From: Lingula anatina
Lineage: Eukaryota > Animalia > Brachiopoda
Direction: 5' to 3'
Assembly (NCBI GenBank): GCA_051362555.1
Contig: CM120645.1
Span: 5,704,001 to 5,768,000 of the forward strand
DNA: 64,000 nucleotides
Positions 50,114 to 63,491 of the stretch are shown here, in pieces (the first letter of the stretch is position 1; each line of letters opens with the position of its first letter). Below the pieces are notes generated by a model. The model worked only from the letters and a program-made list of their open reading frames with translations. It ran no database searches and was not told the origin of the DNA. The position numbers were made by a program, and so were the translations under genes.

Positions 50114-53100
50114 ATGAATCGCGGGTGGCTTGAACTGGAGAGTGACCCTGGTGAGTAGAGTTGTGCTTTGAAAGGCTTTGTAGTGTTCACTTTCTCTTAA
50201 GGTTTGTGTAACGATAAGTTAGTTTTTGTTCAAGAATTCATATAATTACATAATTCAAAGTATACGCATATCGCCGCAGTAAACTAAAGCATTGATGTTA
50301 TATTTTTTCAGGACTTTTCACACTATTGATTGAAGATTTTGGTACGTACACTCAGATCTTTGTTTTTAATGTTCCACATAAAGCATGTATTTTCCCCTCT
50401 TTTTTTAAGAAAGGGAAACAATAGTGCAAGTTTTTAAAGACAACTAGACACATCATGATGTAATATTTACAATAAGTTATAATACGCTGAATATTTGTAC
50501 ATTATGGTGATAGGGTATCAATAGTTATGTAAAATGATCCGAAACTCTCGACCAGTCCTCGATAGTATAGTGGTAAGTATCCCCGCCTGTCACGCGGGAG
50601 ACCGGGGTTCGATTCCCCGTCGGGGAGGTCCAAAATTTTTTTTTGTCTTTTAATATCGTTTAGGTAAATATTATTGTTTACTTAAGTCTAAGAAATGGGG
50701 GAAAAGCTCTATTAAAAATAACAAATGACCACATAACACGTGGCAGTAAGAAATCTGAAAGAACCATAATACGCTATTGCAGTGATAAAGGTTTATCATT
50801 TTAGGCACTCAAGGGGTTCAGGTTGAGGAAATATATGACTTACAGAAGGCAATGGAAGGGTATGTAAAAGCTAGACTTTTTTTAAACAGTTATTGCTTTC
50901 TTGCAGTTTTATTTCAAAATATGTTACAAACTTTTCACTAAATATTAATTTTTTTTCAGTACTTATTACACATCTACCAGAATACATATGATATATCACA
51001 ACACCATCTCCATATATATTATATATTATATATTATACCAGTATTTTCTTTTCAGGCCAGTCTATGGGTTTATTTTTCTCTTCAAGTGGATAGAAGAACG
51101 CAGATCGAGAAGAAAAGTTATTCAGGAGGATGAGTCATTTGTCATAGATGAAAACAAGTTGAATGAGATGTTTTTTGCCCAGCAGATTATCCCCAACTCC
51201 TGTGCCACTCATGCCCTGCTCAGTGTGCTGCTGAATTGTGACCAGATCAAGTTAGGGGATACCCTCACCAATTTCAAGGAGTTCTGCAGGGGGATGAACC
51301 CAGAGGTGAGGAGAAATATTTGCTGTTTCCTTTCATGTATAGCTAGCACAATTTGTTTCAAATAAAAAGTTTAGCATGTTGATGTTTTTTTTTTTTTTTT
51401 AATAATTTGGCATTGGTAATTTATGTATAAGTGCATATTTTTCTTTATTAAAAATCACGAATTGAACCAAACAAACAACAAAAAAACAAAATAATAAAAA
51501 GATATCAGTATCTATACAGTGAGACAGATTGTCCTATTCCATTAATAAAATCTTATCTTCCCTCCCTTTTTTTCCTCATAAAGAACATCTGGTCCAGTAT
51601 TTTTAGTTTTTCCTATTGCTAAAGAAATTTAAATATTCTTAAAAGAAATAAGGATTTGATAATGATTTTATATTCAATACAGGATAAAGGTTATGCCATA
51701 GGCAACATGCCAGAATTGGCCAGAGCTCACAATAGCCATGCCAGGTAAGACTTACTCACACCTTAGAAAACGTATTTAAAAGAAAGGAACACATATATGA
51801 TTGAGAATTTACATAAAAGTTTCAATTTTACAGAAATTCACAAATCTTCTTTATATGTATGCCAACTTGATTAGTATCAAAGCATTTTTTGATAACTTTC
51901 GGACAAATTTTTTTTTCTGGCTCACCTTGGTGCCATAGACATTAGGTTGATGGGATTTTTACACAATAACATCCCTGTATGAAAGGTAATATGTGTTTCT
52001 GTATATTTGTAACATTAAAAGGTTGGTTGTTTTAACAGCACTTCATTTTCTTTAGCATTCATTGACCCTTTACAAAAAAAGTAAAAGTGAGTTTGTTTTT
52101 TTTTCCATCAGACCTGAGCCTACTCATTTACCAGAGAAACAACAAGGTATTTCCACCACAAGAATGATGGAAGCTTTTCATTTTGTCAGCTATGTCTCCA
52201 TCAATGGGAGACTTTTTGAATTGGATGGCTTAAAACCTTATCCTATAGACCATGGTAAGTGTGCCTTATCCTGAAGACTGTGGTAAGTTGGTTTTATCCT
52301 ATAGATCGCTGTCACAGTGTTATACCTGTTTGGTCATGTTTCACAAGCAAAAAAGACTAAAACTGCTGTTTATTTATTCATTTATTTGATTATTATTATT
52401 ATTATTATTATTATTTTTTTTTTTGTATTCCGTTATTCTGTTGAAATTCCATATTTAATCAAAATTTTAGATTTTTAATCATTCAACTTAGTAGTATTTC
52501 TTATTCATCAATTTTATCTTAAGTCTGCATAAGTGAGAAACAACATCAGTCACACTAATGATATGTTTGGTATTAGATTTAACAACTTCTTCAATGTATT
52601 TCATGATAATTAGGTCCGTGTAAAGATGGGGAAGATTGGACAGAGAAGTTTAGGAGAGTGATAACTGGGAGACTGGGCATGGCAACAGGAGGGTGAGTGA
52701 TAACTGGAAAACTGGGCATGGCAACAGGAGGGTGAGTGATAACTGGAAAACTGGGCATGGCAACAGGAGAGTGAGTGATAACAGGGAAACTGGGCATGGC
52801 AACAGGAGGGTGAGTGATAACTGGGAGACTGGGCATGGCAACAGGAGGGTGAGTGATAACTGGGAGAGTGGGCATGACAACAGGAGGGTGAGTGATAACT
52901 GGGAGACTGGGCATGACAACAGGAGGGTGAGTGATAACTGGAAAACTGGGCATGGCAACAGGAGAGTGAGTGATAACAGGGAAACTGGGCATGGCAACAG
53001 GAGGGTGAGTGATAACTGGGAGACTGGGCATGGCAACAGGAGGGTGAGTGATAACTGGGAGAGTGGGCATGACAACAGGAGGGTGAGTGATAACTGGGAA

Positions 53101-56100
53101 ACTGGGCATGGCAACAGGCGGGTGATCTTTACATTGCAAAAATAATTTTCCAAGAAATTTTCCCATTATCACCCTGTCCTAAAGCATTGAGACAATCACA
53201 ATGTTTAAACCTATGTTTGAGTTATAAATTTCTAATTTGTACAGTCATGAGTTAAATTTACCAATCTCTACCTCCATAATGAGAGTGAATATGAAAGTAG
53301 AATACTATTATGAATGATATCACTTTATTCTCCAGAGAGCCGTATCATGACATAAGGTTCAACTTGATGGCAGTGGTGCCTGATAAACGGCAGCAATATG
53401 AACGTAAACTCAAGACACTGAAGGCAAACAGACAGATTGTTCTAGAGGCCCTGCAGCAGGTGAGTCACGGACAACAAATGTCTAATATACACTCTTTATG
53501 GCCCATTCCACAATGTTTTTGAGGAGAATTAGGTGTAAATAAAGGTTCAGTGTATCATTGAGTATGCCCTTTGACCATTCAGCTATTTCTCCTTTCTACT
53601 GAGAATAACACTCTTCTTATCAAAACTGGGCAGGAGTGTTGGGCAGATCTCAATATAGATATATGAAGGCAAGTAAAAATATGTAATAGACAACTGAATA
53701 TGAATGAAAATATGAAACTACATATACATTTTAAAGATTTATAGCATATAACTTTCAGTGAATATTTTGTTCATGCTACAGAAATGCACAGTATTTTTTC
53801 AATTATTCTGAATGTTCACTTTTTCACCAGCTTCTTGACAGGAAGGTATGTGTCATGTCTTGGGTTTCACAGGCAGTGCTGCACCCTACAGTTCTTTGGT
53901 ATAGTGAAGCAGAAGTGATTTATGGACAAACTCAGAAGGACAAGATATTGTCATATTACTTTGCCAATTGTCATGTTTTTATTTTTCAATTGTCTTATTA
54001 AAGATATCAAAAATTATGTATTACATCATCTAAATGACTTATTTAAGGAAACTTCCAAGTCCATTCATGACAAAATATTTTGAAGTTTAAAAATTTTTGC
54101 TACTTTTTGAGAAAGACCCACTTAACATAAAATCAGTTTGTCCATGAACAACTCCGTTTTTGTCTCTTTGTCAAAACAGTTTCTATACAGTGGCTGTCAG
54201 AAGATTTAAATTTGCTACATGGCAAATAGTCTGTAGTGTGGAGAGTTACTGTGTTTTACACTGTAACAGGGGTTGTGGACTGTAGTTCTAGTATTTTGTT
54301 TTATGTTGTTCTCACAGATAACAGTAGTTGGGTTATGCAGGCATGTCAAGTTTTATCATCACATGGCTGTAGTCTTTATTAAAATATAAGAAAGCTGTTT
54401 CTGAATTGTAGTATGTTGTTTTGGTTATTCTTTAGCTTACAAATTCCCTGATTTGGAAAACCTGGGTCTCTTTGCTTTTACCCCTGGTGGTTTTACATTA
54501 AAACATTTTTATGCCACCTTGGCTATTTCTCTCCTGTTTTCTTTTCACCATCTTATGACAATGTTTGTCATCAAAGGTTTTGTCCATGGTTTTGGTTGGG
54601 GTATATTTGAGGATCCTGGTTCATTTTACATAATTTTCAGTATTGTGTGTACTTAAATAAAGCATCAGTTATGTTCACCAGTAAACTTCTGAATGTGCAT
54701 GGGATTTAACAGAAATGATAGTTAGTGGCTGTGCACTACAGAATGTGTTGTTTATTGCTGACATGATAACTGTTATTCGTGATCTTGACTCCCAAAGAAA
54801 TACTACATACCTAATGAATTCTTCGGGCCTATTATAGCAATCAGTGTGAGATTTTAATATTGAAAAAAGCAGTTAACATTTCTCTTTCCTTGATGAAAAT
54901 GGCAAGCTTTCCTTCTACCTTTGATAAAAACGGTCAAGATTTCTCTTACTTTGATGTCCTAGCCATTTTTCTATTTTATTCCATCCAGTGGTTATATTCA
55001 GTGCCAAGCAATGATATATTAAAGCATTTCTCTTTCCAGATGAAGAAAAGTTGCTCAGTGTAACTCGAAAATGTGAAAGCCACACCTCCATTTATTTTTT
55101 AATGACAGCCCCAAATCTGACCACACATATGCATGTATTTTTCACACGCACACACCCACATGCCCACATATTCACCCTCTGTTTTACACATATGAATGCA
55201 TGGACACCTTCAAAATAATCTTGTAATGTTGTTAGGAATTTGGTGGAAAAAAAAACTAAATGAGTAAAAATCAACAAAGGCACATATTTCATGTGTACCT
55301 TTTGTTGCATTTGCCTGTTGCATATGAATTTTTTTAGACATTTTGTTTTGCATCATCACATTTATAAGTTTAAGTATTTTAAGGCTTAACAAGCAAAAAC
55401 AAAATGATAAAGCAGTTTCACCAGTTTGTATTTTCACAAAATATGTGAAGTAAATTGACTAGCATTTCTGTATGTACTTGCCGGTAATTTGTTTCAGCTG
55501 TTAGCTGTAAAATTAGGTCAAGTACTAAATAGTATTATCAGTATGAAAACATTCACAACCAGTTGATTCGCAGATAAACAGATCTTCAGATCATATATGG
55601 CTGACCCACTTAAAAATTTTTTGCATAATCCTCTAACAGACACTGAATAGATTCCCTGATGGGATTAGGTGGTAAGCTTTCAAGTGGCTTGGTCATATTT
55701 CATCCACGGGTCTGTTAATCCACAGATCAACTTTGGTTGTGAATACAGCCTGAGATTTCATTACCAGGCACAAAGTTGACCATCTTCATTGGTTGAAACA
55801 CAAATTGATTTAGAATTGTTTAAATGCTCATTGAATTGTATGCTAGAATGAGACGAAAAATAAAAGTAACTATGCAGTTTTCATTTTTATTGCAGATGGT
55901 CAATGTCACAACCCCTGACCTTGACCCAAATAAACCAAAGCCAGAACCTGCCATGACAAGATCTAAAGCCGCCAGAGCAGCCATATCTGTCACGCCATCC
56001 ATGTCAACCAATCAGCAGCAGAATTCGTCAGTTGAATCCAGTAACCAGGGAGGACTGAAAGTGAAACTCAGGACAAGGAATTCTGGGAATGGGACTGCAA

Positions 56101-57753
56101 CAGGGGTGACACCTATAGGAGGGAGTCAGGCCAGGTTCCCAGCAGCCTTAGACAGTCACAACTACTGCAAGAGTCCCATTCTGGAGGAATCTGGAAACAA
56201 AACACAAGCAAAACCAGGAGATGAAGCAGACGATGAACAGACTGATAGCGATGTGGAGGTAACTGAGTCAGCCGCTGACTCGGTATCAAATTTTTCAGAG
56301 TCAAAACCAACAACGTCTTCTCCCACTAACACAAGTAAAGTTGATCTGCGGAAGTTCCGTGGCGTCAAGGATAAAGACATTAAAATTCAGATCAAGGTGG
56401 GTGACGGCAAAGAGAGCTGTACCGTCATCCCCGCCACTGTGGCTTTGACTGATGTCACCAAACCCCTGACAATACAAACTAAGTTTACCTGTTCTCCTAT
56501 ACCTAGCTTTGAAAGCACTGACACTGCCTCTGAGACTGGGAGTAACATTCATTCCCCTTACTCCAACAGTCCGCCTGTGTTCTCTCCCACAGCCGCTTCT
56601 GCAAGACAAGCCGAAACCACAAGTAAAACCAGAGCCAGTCTAATTAACAGACTGGAGGGAGTGGTTAAGTCAGAAAAGATAGATGGCGCTGGCTTTGATG
56701 GTTTGTCTGGGTCAGGAGAAGACGGGGAGATGAGTAAAGAAAAGATCGCAGCCATGGAGATGATGCAGGGACAACAAGGCGGAGGGCATGTAAAAACAGA
56801 GAAGGGAGGACTCACAGATGAAGAGCAGAAGAATAAATTTAGTCACCAGGCTTTTACCCCCAAGGTATATGAAACAGGATTAACATCATGCTGAGTCAAA
56901 ACCACTTTGATTGATTTAAATAAATTTTGACACTGGTGAATTTTTAGATTTAAGTGCATTTTGTGCCAGAATGATGTTCTAGAATTTTGGAAATCATGTT
57001 TAATACTCTGATGTTTTTGAATCAAGTTTTATAAGTCAAATTTGTATTAATGCATGAAAAAAGTCTATAGTTTAAGCAAACTAAGAGAAATGATTAACTG
57101 AAATATATAATTACCATTTGAATTGTCTTTATAACAGGACTTGCTAGCTTTACTGAAGAATGTAGAGGGTGAGATCAGTTGCTGTGAGGCCAACCTTAGA
57201 GATGAGATTGAGAAGAGGAAAAAGTACAAGGTAACAATTTTTGGTTCAAGTTTTGTTATGATCCACTCATACAGTTTTTCTCCACCTTCCTTTTTATACT
57301 GATGCACCAAAATGTAACTGCATATAAAGTGAGTTGATTTGTCAAATCATTTCCACTTAACTCAACCAAATGCCACCACATAGTTTTAAATAGCATTATT
57401 TAAAGACCAAAGGGTATTTTTTCATATTTCCCAAAGAACGATATTTGAAGAGATGTTTCCTGCTTTCTTTCTATGATACATATAACCCTCAGAAACAGTG
57501 ATACAGGGAAAATTACAGTTGGTTCATATGTAATTTAAAAAAAACCTTTCAGATTGATGACTGCCGCAGGACACACACATACGATCAGTTTATTTGCACA
57601 TTCCTCTCCATGCTGGCTGAGCAGGGCAAGCTGGCAGACCTGGTGGAACAGCACATGTTAGTCAAGAGGAGACAAGGAGTCACGGTGGGCAGGCTGCACA
57701 AGATTAGCAAAGTTGATAAAAGAAAAAGAGCCAGACCCAAGAGAAGACGATGA
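50114..57753 (+). CDS. BAP1: Ubiquitin carboxyl-terminal hydrolase BAP1/calypso (multi-exon)
   Basis: [23 protein letters not shown], catalytic NSCATHA, AFHFVSY and ELDGL motifs, [19 protein letters not shown]-1-binding-like [33 protein letters not shown]-terminal [14 protein letters not shown]. Exons approx. 50114-50150, 50312-50341, 50805-50859, 51056-51305, 51683-51744, 52111-52254, 52614-52692, 53336-53459, 55896-56863, 57138-57230, 57554-57753. Confidence 0.97.
50556..50627 (+). tRNA. tRNA-Asp (GUC)
   Basis: TCCTCGA acceptor stem, A box TAGTATAGTGG, anticodon arm cccgc-ctGTCac-gcggg, B box GGTTCGATTCC; poly-T terminator at ~50636. Confidence 0.97.
52654..53124 (+). repeat. 39-bp tandem array (12 units) made of the BAP1 exon-7 3' end plus the splice donor
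   Basis: Unit gtgagtgataactgggagactgggcatggcaacaggagg; the first unit is coding and 11 copies are intronic. Confidence 0.95.
53831..53845 (+). other. Candidate 15-nt BAP1 microexon (LLDRK)
   Basis: tttttcaccag|CTTCTTGACAGGAAG|gtatgt; phase 0-0 within a phase-0 intron. Confidence 0.5.
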
Positions 57754-58624
57754 TTGACAAAATCAGAAATGTGAAATTTGAATTTTAGAATAACCTGTGG
57801 AGAGGACACAGATTATGAAAATGAATACATACATTAGATATTATGTGAAGTTGTTTTTTTTTTTTTCTTTTTGTCCTTTTATGTGGTCTCTGAACTGGAA
57901 ATATGAAAAACAAAGCCAGGACACAATTTTATAAAGAATTTGAAGTCGATAGACGGTCTTAACTAAAGGACCGTTCACATGAAAAATCTATTTTCTAAAA
58001 ATCTAAAATTTATTGGCGGCATCTTGTAATCACGGTCTGTGCCCTGAATACCCCGCAGCGTAATTACTGGCAGTGTGAGCAAGGTACTTCCAAAGCTGTA
58101 ATTAATTCTCTGCTGTGCTCGGAGGAGATTCTGACACCTTGACGATCCCAAAGTATTTTCAACATTTTATAATACCTCATTTTAGCAGCCTTTCAAAAGT
58201 CAGCAATGTATGAGTGGACTAATCATATGCGATAAGTTCTAAGACTGCTATCAGTTTACTTTTAAATTGCTTAGCTGTCTAAATCCAGCAGGCTTGGCTT
58301 AGCCCTCTGACTCAAGTTTTTGAGGGAGAGAGGGGGTTGTTAGACAAACTGCATAGGATTGATGCAATTTATATGAAAGAGAAGAACCAAGAAAGAAATC
58401 AATGATGACTCTAGTTTAAATGAATATTTAAAGAAATAATTGTATTTTAAGGCAGACATAATGTCAAATTTGTGTCCAGTGAGAGTCAACCTTTACACAG
58501 AGACCACAATCCAAATTTAACTTTGAAACTAGGAATGGATCCATTTTATTTCTTGAAGCAGGCATATTTCATCATGCAACTTGTCAAGTGTTTGTTGTAA
58601 GGAAAATACATACTAGATGTTGTC

Positions 58625-59143
58625 TTGTAAGATACTTGTTTAAAAATAGGAATTTTCTTAAAGAATTACTGAATATTTGTTAAAATTTTTAGGGGAGTCA
58701 TATGTAATAAAAACTAGATTTTTTATGCTATAAATGTAAAAAAAAATGTTTTATTGAGTAACAAAAATTATTCCTTTTTTCAGTTTGCAATACTTGCAAA
58801 ATGAAAAAATTGGAATATTCAAACAAAAAGATTTAAATTCATTTATGTAAGCAAGTTCGAAATATTGATAGAAACAGGAAATGGATGGATAAAGCCAGAT
58901 TGAAATAATGCCCATTTGGTTAACTTATAATACACATTATAAAGTGCAAGCTTAATTAATCTGATTCATTAATGTTCCCATGCATTTATATTTAGTATCA
59001 TAATGTTGATTGTTCCAGATAGGTAATCATACGTACCCTATTGTTGAACTATAGGCTGTGCCAAAGTACAGTTATTGGTAAAATCTACCCAGTATTAGTA
59101 TAACTTTTACTGGTTTCTTCAGCCAGTTACTTGTTGCATATCC
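58625..59143. repeat. Segmental duplication, copy 1 (matches 63492-64000)
   Basis: ttgtaagatacttgtttaaaaataggaattttcttaaag ... cagccagttacttgttgcatatcc is shared with the window end. Confidence 0.9.
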
Positions 59144-59610
59144 TGTCTGATGGTTTCTACTGGACTTAATATGATACTAAGATAAAAACTCTTGTGTTAC
59201 TTCTTTGGATAATGTGACAAAATAAAATTTTGAAAATATAAATAAAATGAAGTCATCTGAAATGACACAAACCTATATATATCCTTGTGTTATCACAGAA
59301 ATATACAACAATGTTCACACACTTTATAAAAATAGCATGGAGATAGTTCGAGGATTACATCAAACTAAAAATTCACCATGGACTACTTGATTTGCACCAG
59401 TCATAATGCAAAATGAAAATACCACAAATGGTTGTATTGCAGGGGAATTTGATATTATATGATATAATAATAACAACATTCCCTTACAATTCGCATCTTT
59501 TATTATCTATCTCATTCCATTCATATTGCGTTTGGTTACCACATCATTATATCCAAATGTTCCAGATATATAAGTCCTGTGCTAATGCAAGTGTGGAGAA
59601 TCAAAAACAA

Positions 59611-60114
59611 TTAATACATGTATGCATAGTAAATGTAACCATTGATAGTTTCGGTAGTGTGGGTATATCCTGACCTCGGGCTGTTGGCTATAGCATAGCC
59701 ATTGGACTTACTGGGCAAAAAGTCCAATACACAGTGTCCACTCACACCTGTGGCTTCAGTCAGTTTATCACTTACATATGATGCCTTATAGTCTCCAGAG
59801 GCTTGTTTGGCATAGTATTCTACCAAAGCTTTATAAACCTCTGCTGTTATTCCTTCCTTCAGTGTAGCATTGGAGCTCTCTTTCCAAACCCAAAATCCAT
59901 AGTCCCCATGTTCCTCTTTCCTTCTAAAGTCTATATACATGCTTCCCCACCCAGGTTTACTGTCTTTCCTGTATACTACAGCTGAGAAATATTTCCCACA
60001 GTGCTTCTCACAGTATTCCTTGATGACCTTGGCTTTCCCATATAATGTTGGCTCGTTGTATGTTATTCCTGGGAAGCTGAAGCTGAGGAAAACGGTCTCT
60101 TCATTGGTAGGCAT
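59611..60114 (-). CDS. Uncharacterised 167-aa protein, possibly two tandem LC8/dynein-light-chain-like domains
   Basis: Intact ORF with a paralog at 62517; probable 5'UTR intron 60132-60948; two internal repeats (KAKVIKEYCEKHCGKYFSAVV..WGS..FWVWK and KASYVSDKLTEATGVSGHCVL..GY..YYAYMY). Confidence 0.7.
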   Translation of the reverse strand: MPTNEETVFLSFSFPGITYNEPTLYGKAKVIKEYCEKHCGKYFSAVVYRKDSKPGWGSMYIDFRRKEEHGDYGFWVWKESSNATLKEGITAEVYKALVEYYAKQASGDYKASYVSDKLTEATGVSGHCVLDFLPSKSNGYAIANSPRSGYTHTTETINGYIYYAYMY

Positions 60115-62516
60115 GATTACACATGAAATCGCTAAATTAATGAAAATGGATGTTTTGTTGTTATTTCCTTAAAAATGTTCTAGTAAGGGGATTTCAATCT
60201 GGTAAGAGTGCCTGAACTGACTGAAACATTTTCAATAGTGCAATATACTGTGCATAATAGAAACACCCATGGCTGATTCTGTGGCAATTGTGCACCCCCC
60301 CATCCCTCAAAAACACATACTCACCCACACAGATGTCAATAAATCCACCTACGGTCCATAGTTCATTCAAGTACTATGCGCCAAATATGCTATTTTACAC
60401 ATCTACCCTTTGTCATAGTTGGGTGACTTAATGGTCAAATCCCATTTTAGAAACTTCCTCCTTTTAATCAAGTTATGTCAATATTTGGTAACATTATTTA
60501 AGTATGAAAGTTAAAACTATATTAAAGGGATAATAACTCTTCGCATGAGATCTGTATTTCACAATAAAAACATTGTGAATAACGTATAGAAATATAATAT
60601 ATTCTGTTTTACCACAAAAACGGCAGTTATAGCTTTTATTCTGATATCTGAGCTTGTCTTTAGACCACTTGACCTCCATTGATGGCTATACTCTGTCGAA
60701 ATCTCTTAAGAGATTTTAACAAAAAACCAAACTTTTTAGAAAAAAAACAGGAACTAACTTTGAATGTAAAAATGGATTCATTAACCATTGGTATGTATGG
60801 GAAAATTGTTGTTTACTCCAGGAAAATTTATTTTTTGGCCGAAACGAAGAGTTATTATCCCTTAAAGTGAACCTATATCTGAAATGTTATCAATTTCTGC
60901 AGTATGGATTTTTAGGTCAGTAGAGTATAAAGTCAGTTGCACTCTTACCTGGATTGTGAAAGCTGTAATAGGAGATTGTAGGCAGAGAAATAAACAGAAT
61001 AGTTATGAATATCAGTCAGTTTGTAGTTGATCTATGGAAATGTAAGCATGTCTTGGTGTTACGTGTATCAGTCATTCACTTGAAGTATTTCAAATTAAAA
61101 TATTAGTTAAAATGGAGAAAACAATCTTTGAGGTTAATATCCTGAAATACAGTGTAGTATTTCTAGTAATACTCACAGTTGAATGCTACTTGTAGTTGGA
61201 ATAGACCCTAATCCAATGAGTGTTTCTTTTACATGTACCGTATACCTGCACACACTATTGTGTACTGTGGTCTGGAAACTAGTTGCTTCTTGGAAGAGCT
61301 GATAATATGCCACTATGTACTATAATATGGGCATGTGACACTGATATTTTTATCACCAGATGAAGGTGGGTGGTTGCTTGCAATAGGTTACATATGATGT
61401 TGATAGCTAGAGTTAAGTGTAGGAAGGTGTAAGCTACACAATAACAATTACAGATTTGGTATTAACTTCAGATGCATGGGTGTATTCACGTTCATGTGAA
61501 TTAAAGAAAAAATATTCTATTGGGTCAATGTTAAGTGGGTATATAGTCTAAGAAAGAATGATTTGAAATTATAAAAAATATTATTTATATTCGTCAATCC
61601 AGTGGTGTGCCAAAATCCTTTCCATACAGACACATCCCAACTCTTCAAGTCTGGTCGAGTTATTTTAATTCTTCCACATAATTTTTACTACCCAGAAGCT
61701 TATTTATTAGAATTATTGATCTGCAATGTTGTTGGAGATTCAGTTATACAAATCAACTGCAAAAGGTCAGTCTTATGGGGTTATTTTTTTAATATCTTGA
61801 ATTTAAATTGACTGTATCCAGGCTACAGAAGTTTGATGAAAAAGTAATTTTCCAAATCTCCAAGCCACCATCAACATTTTTCTTGCACTTTCTCTTTTGA
61901 CAAAGTTTTATTTAATAATCTTAGCAAAAAATATGATAATAAATAATAACAAAATGTATTATCTAATATCATGAGTCGAGGTTTTATTTTGTGTTTTATT
62001 CAGTATGCTATATTTTTTAAAAAAGTAATAAAGATATCCGGGCAAAGAGATTTTATTTATTGTTTTATTTTAATATATATAAGAAAAGTTCAGAATTGCA
62101 CTGACCCTAGCTATTGTAATTGGATGGAATAAAGTTTGAATTAAAAGTTTGAATTAAAATAATGTCAACATTGTTTTACACAAAAGTAAAATACAATTAT
62201 GTTAAATAAATTAGATACGTTTTAGACCCACCATAGTCATGCATTTATAATGGGTCAAAAGCCTGGTCCAAGGTTATTAGTTGACCAGCTGATTGCCTTG
62301 GTAAATAACAACCAATTCCCATGCAGCCATATTGCTTGTTTCTTTTAAAATTTGTTAAAACTGTTGAGAGGTGTTAAAACAGTTAAAACTGTCCATCTAA
62401 TATAAATCCATACACTAGCCTACTTGATTCTGGCATCATTATTATTCACATTCTATATATCCAGATACAAAGTTATGTGTTTATGCTAAGTCAACCTTGT
62501 AGTGAATCAAAAACAT

Positions 62517-62830
62517 TTAATACATATATGCATAGTATATATAATCATCGATAGTTTCAGTAGCGTGGTTATACCCCAACCTGGAACTGTGGGCTATGGC
62601 ATAGTCATCGGATTCACTGGACGAAATGCACCAAACACAGTGCCCACTCACGCCGGTGGCTTCAGTCAGTTTGTCATTAACATATCTCGCCCTTTCGTCT
62701 ACAGAGGCCCATTTAGAGTAGCATTCCACCAACGCTTCATAAACCTCTGCTTTAGTTCCCTCATTCAGTGTACCAGTGGAGCTCTCTTTCCAAGCACAGA
62801 AGCCATATTCCCCGTGTTCCTCTTCTCTGA
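62517..62830 (-). pseudogene. 5'-truncated (or separately spliced) paralog of the 59611-60114 gene
   Basis: EEHGEYGFCAWKESS...DKLTEATGVSGHCV...YIYYAYMY* aligns with the C-terminal ~105 aa of the 167-aa ORF. Similarity stops near 62830 at a ttttcag-like site, and no N-terminal part is visible in the window. Confidence 0.6.
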
Positions 62831-63491
62831 AAAATCCCCCTATCATGCAACTTGTAAATACTTTCATGTTATCTTGTAAATTTTTGTAAATAAGTTTATT
62901 AAAAAATGGCAACCTAAAGGTTGAAGTTATACCATATAAGTACTCTACTTCTATGGTTATACATAAAATGGAGTGAGAATAAAATTTACAAATTAAAATA
63001 ATGATATTCAGGTATAATATAGGATATGCAAACAAAACTTAATGAGATAAAAAAGGGATAAATTAAAATAAATGAGTAAAATAAATTATTGCACAGGCAT
63101 CTGAAAGTTAGTGTAAAAGAGGATGGAGTAATGATAATTAAATACAATAAAGGCCAAAATAATTTTTAAAAGTAAAAATTAGCCCACTAATGGTTTAACA
63201 AAGAGAAAGGAATAAAAGTGTTTTTAAAAAGTTCAATTCTAATTTTTGGTATGTTAAACTTTGACAGGCTATTTCTTAGTCTCCTGTGTGGATTGCAGGT
63301 TAAAAGGTAGTTCAGCTTGTCTGTGTCATTTTGTATTTTTGCAAAGAATGATTTGCAGAGTTCAACTCTGCGCTCTTTTAATGTAATAAGTTTTGCTTTG
63401 GCTAGAGCATCAACATAAGTTAATTCAGGGAAAATGATCCTAAGTGCCCTTGACTGGATGGATTCTATTATTTTACATTGTTCTCCAGTAT

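Noticed and set aside
52591-53172. Long repetitive ORFs on both strands
   Set aside because: By-products of the 39-bp array (a multiple of 3); the BAP1 frame hits a stop at once.
55040-55063. Possible alternative terminal BAP1 exon (MKKSCSV*)
   Set aside because: Only an acceptor-like site supports it; such sites are common in T-rich introns.
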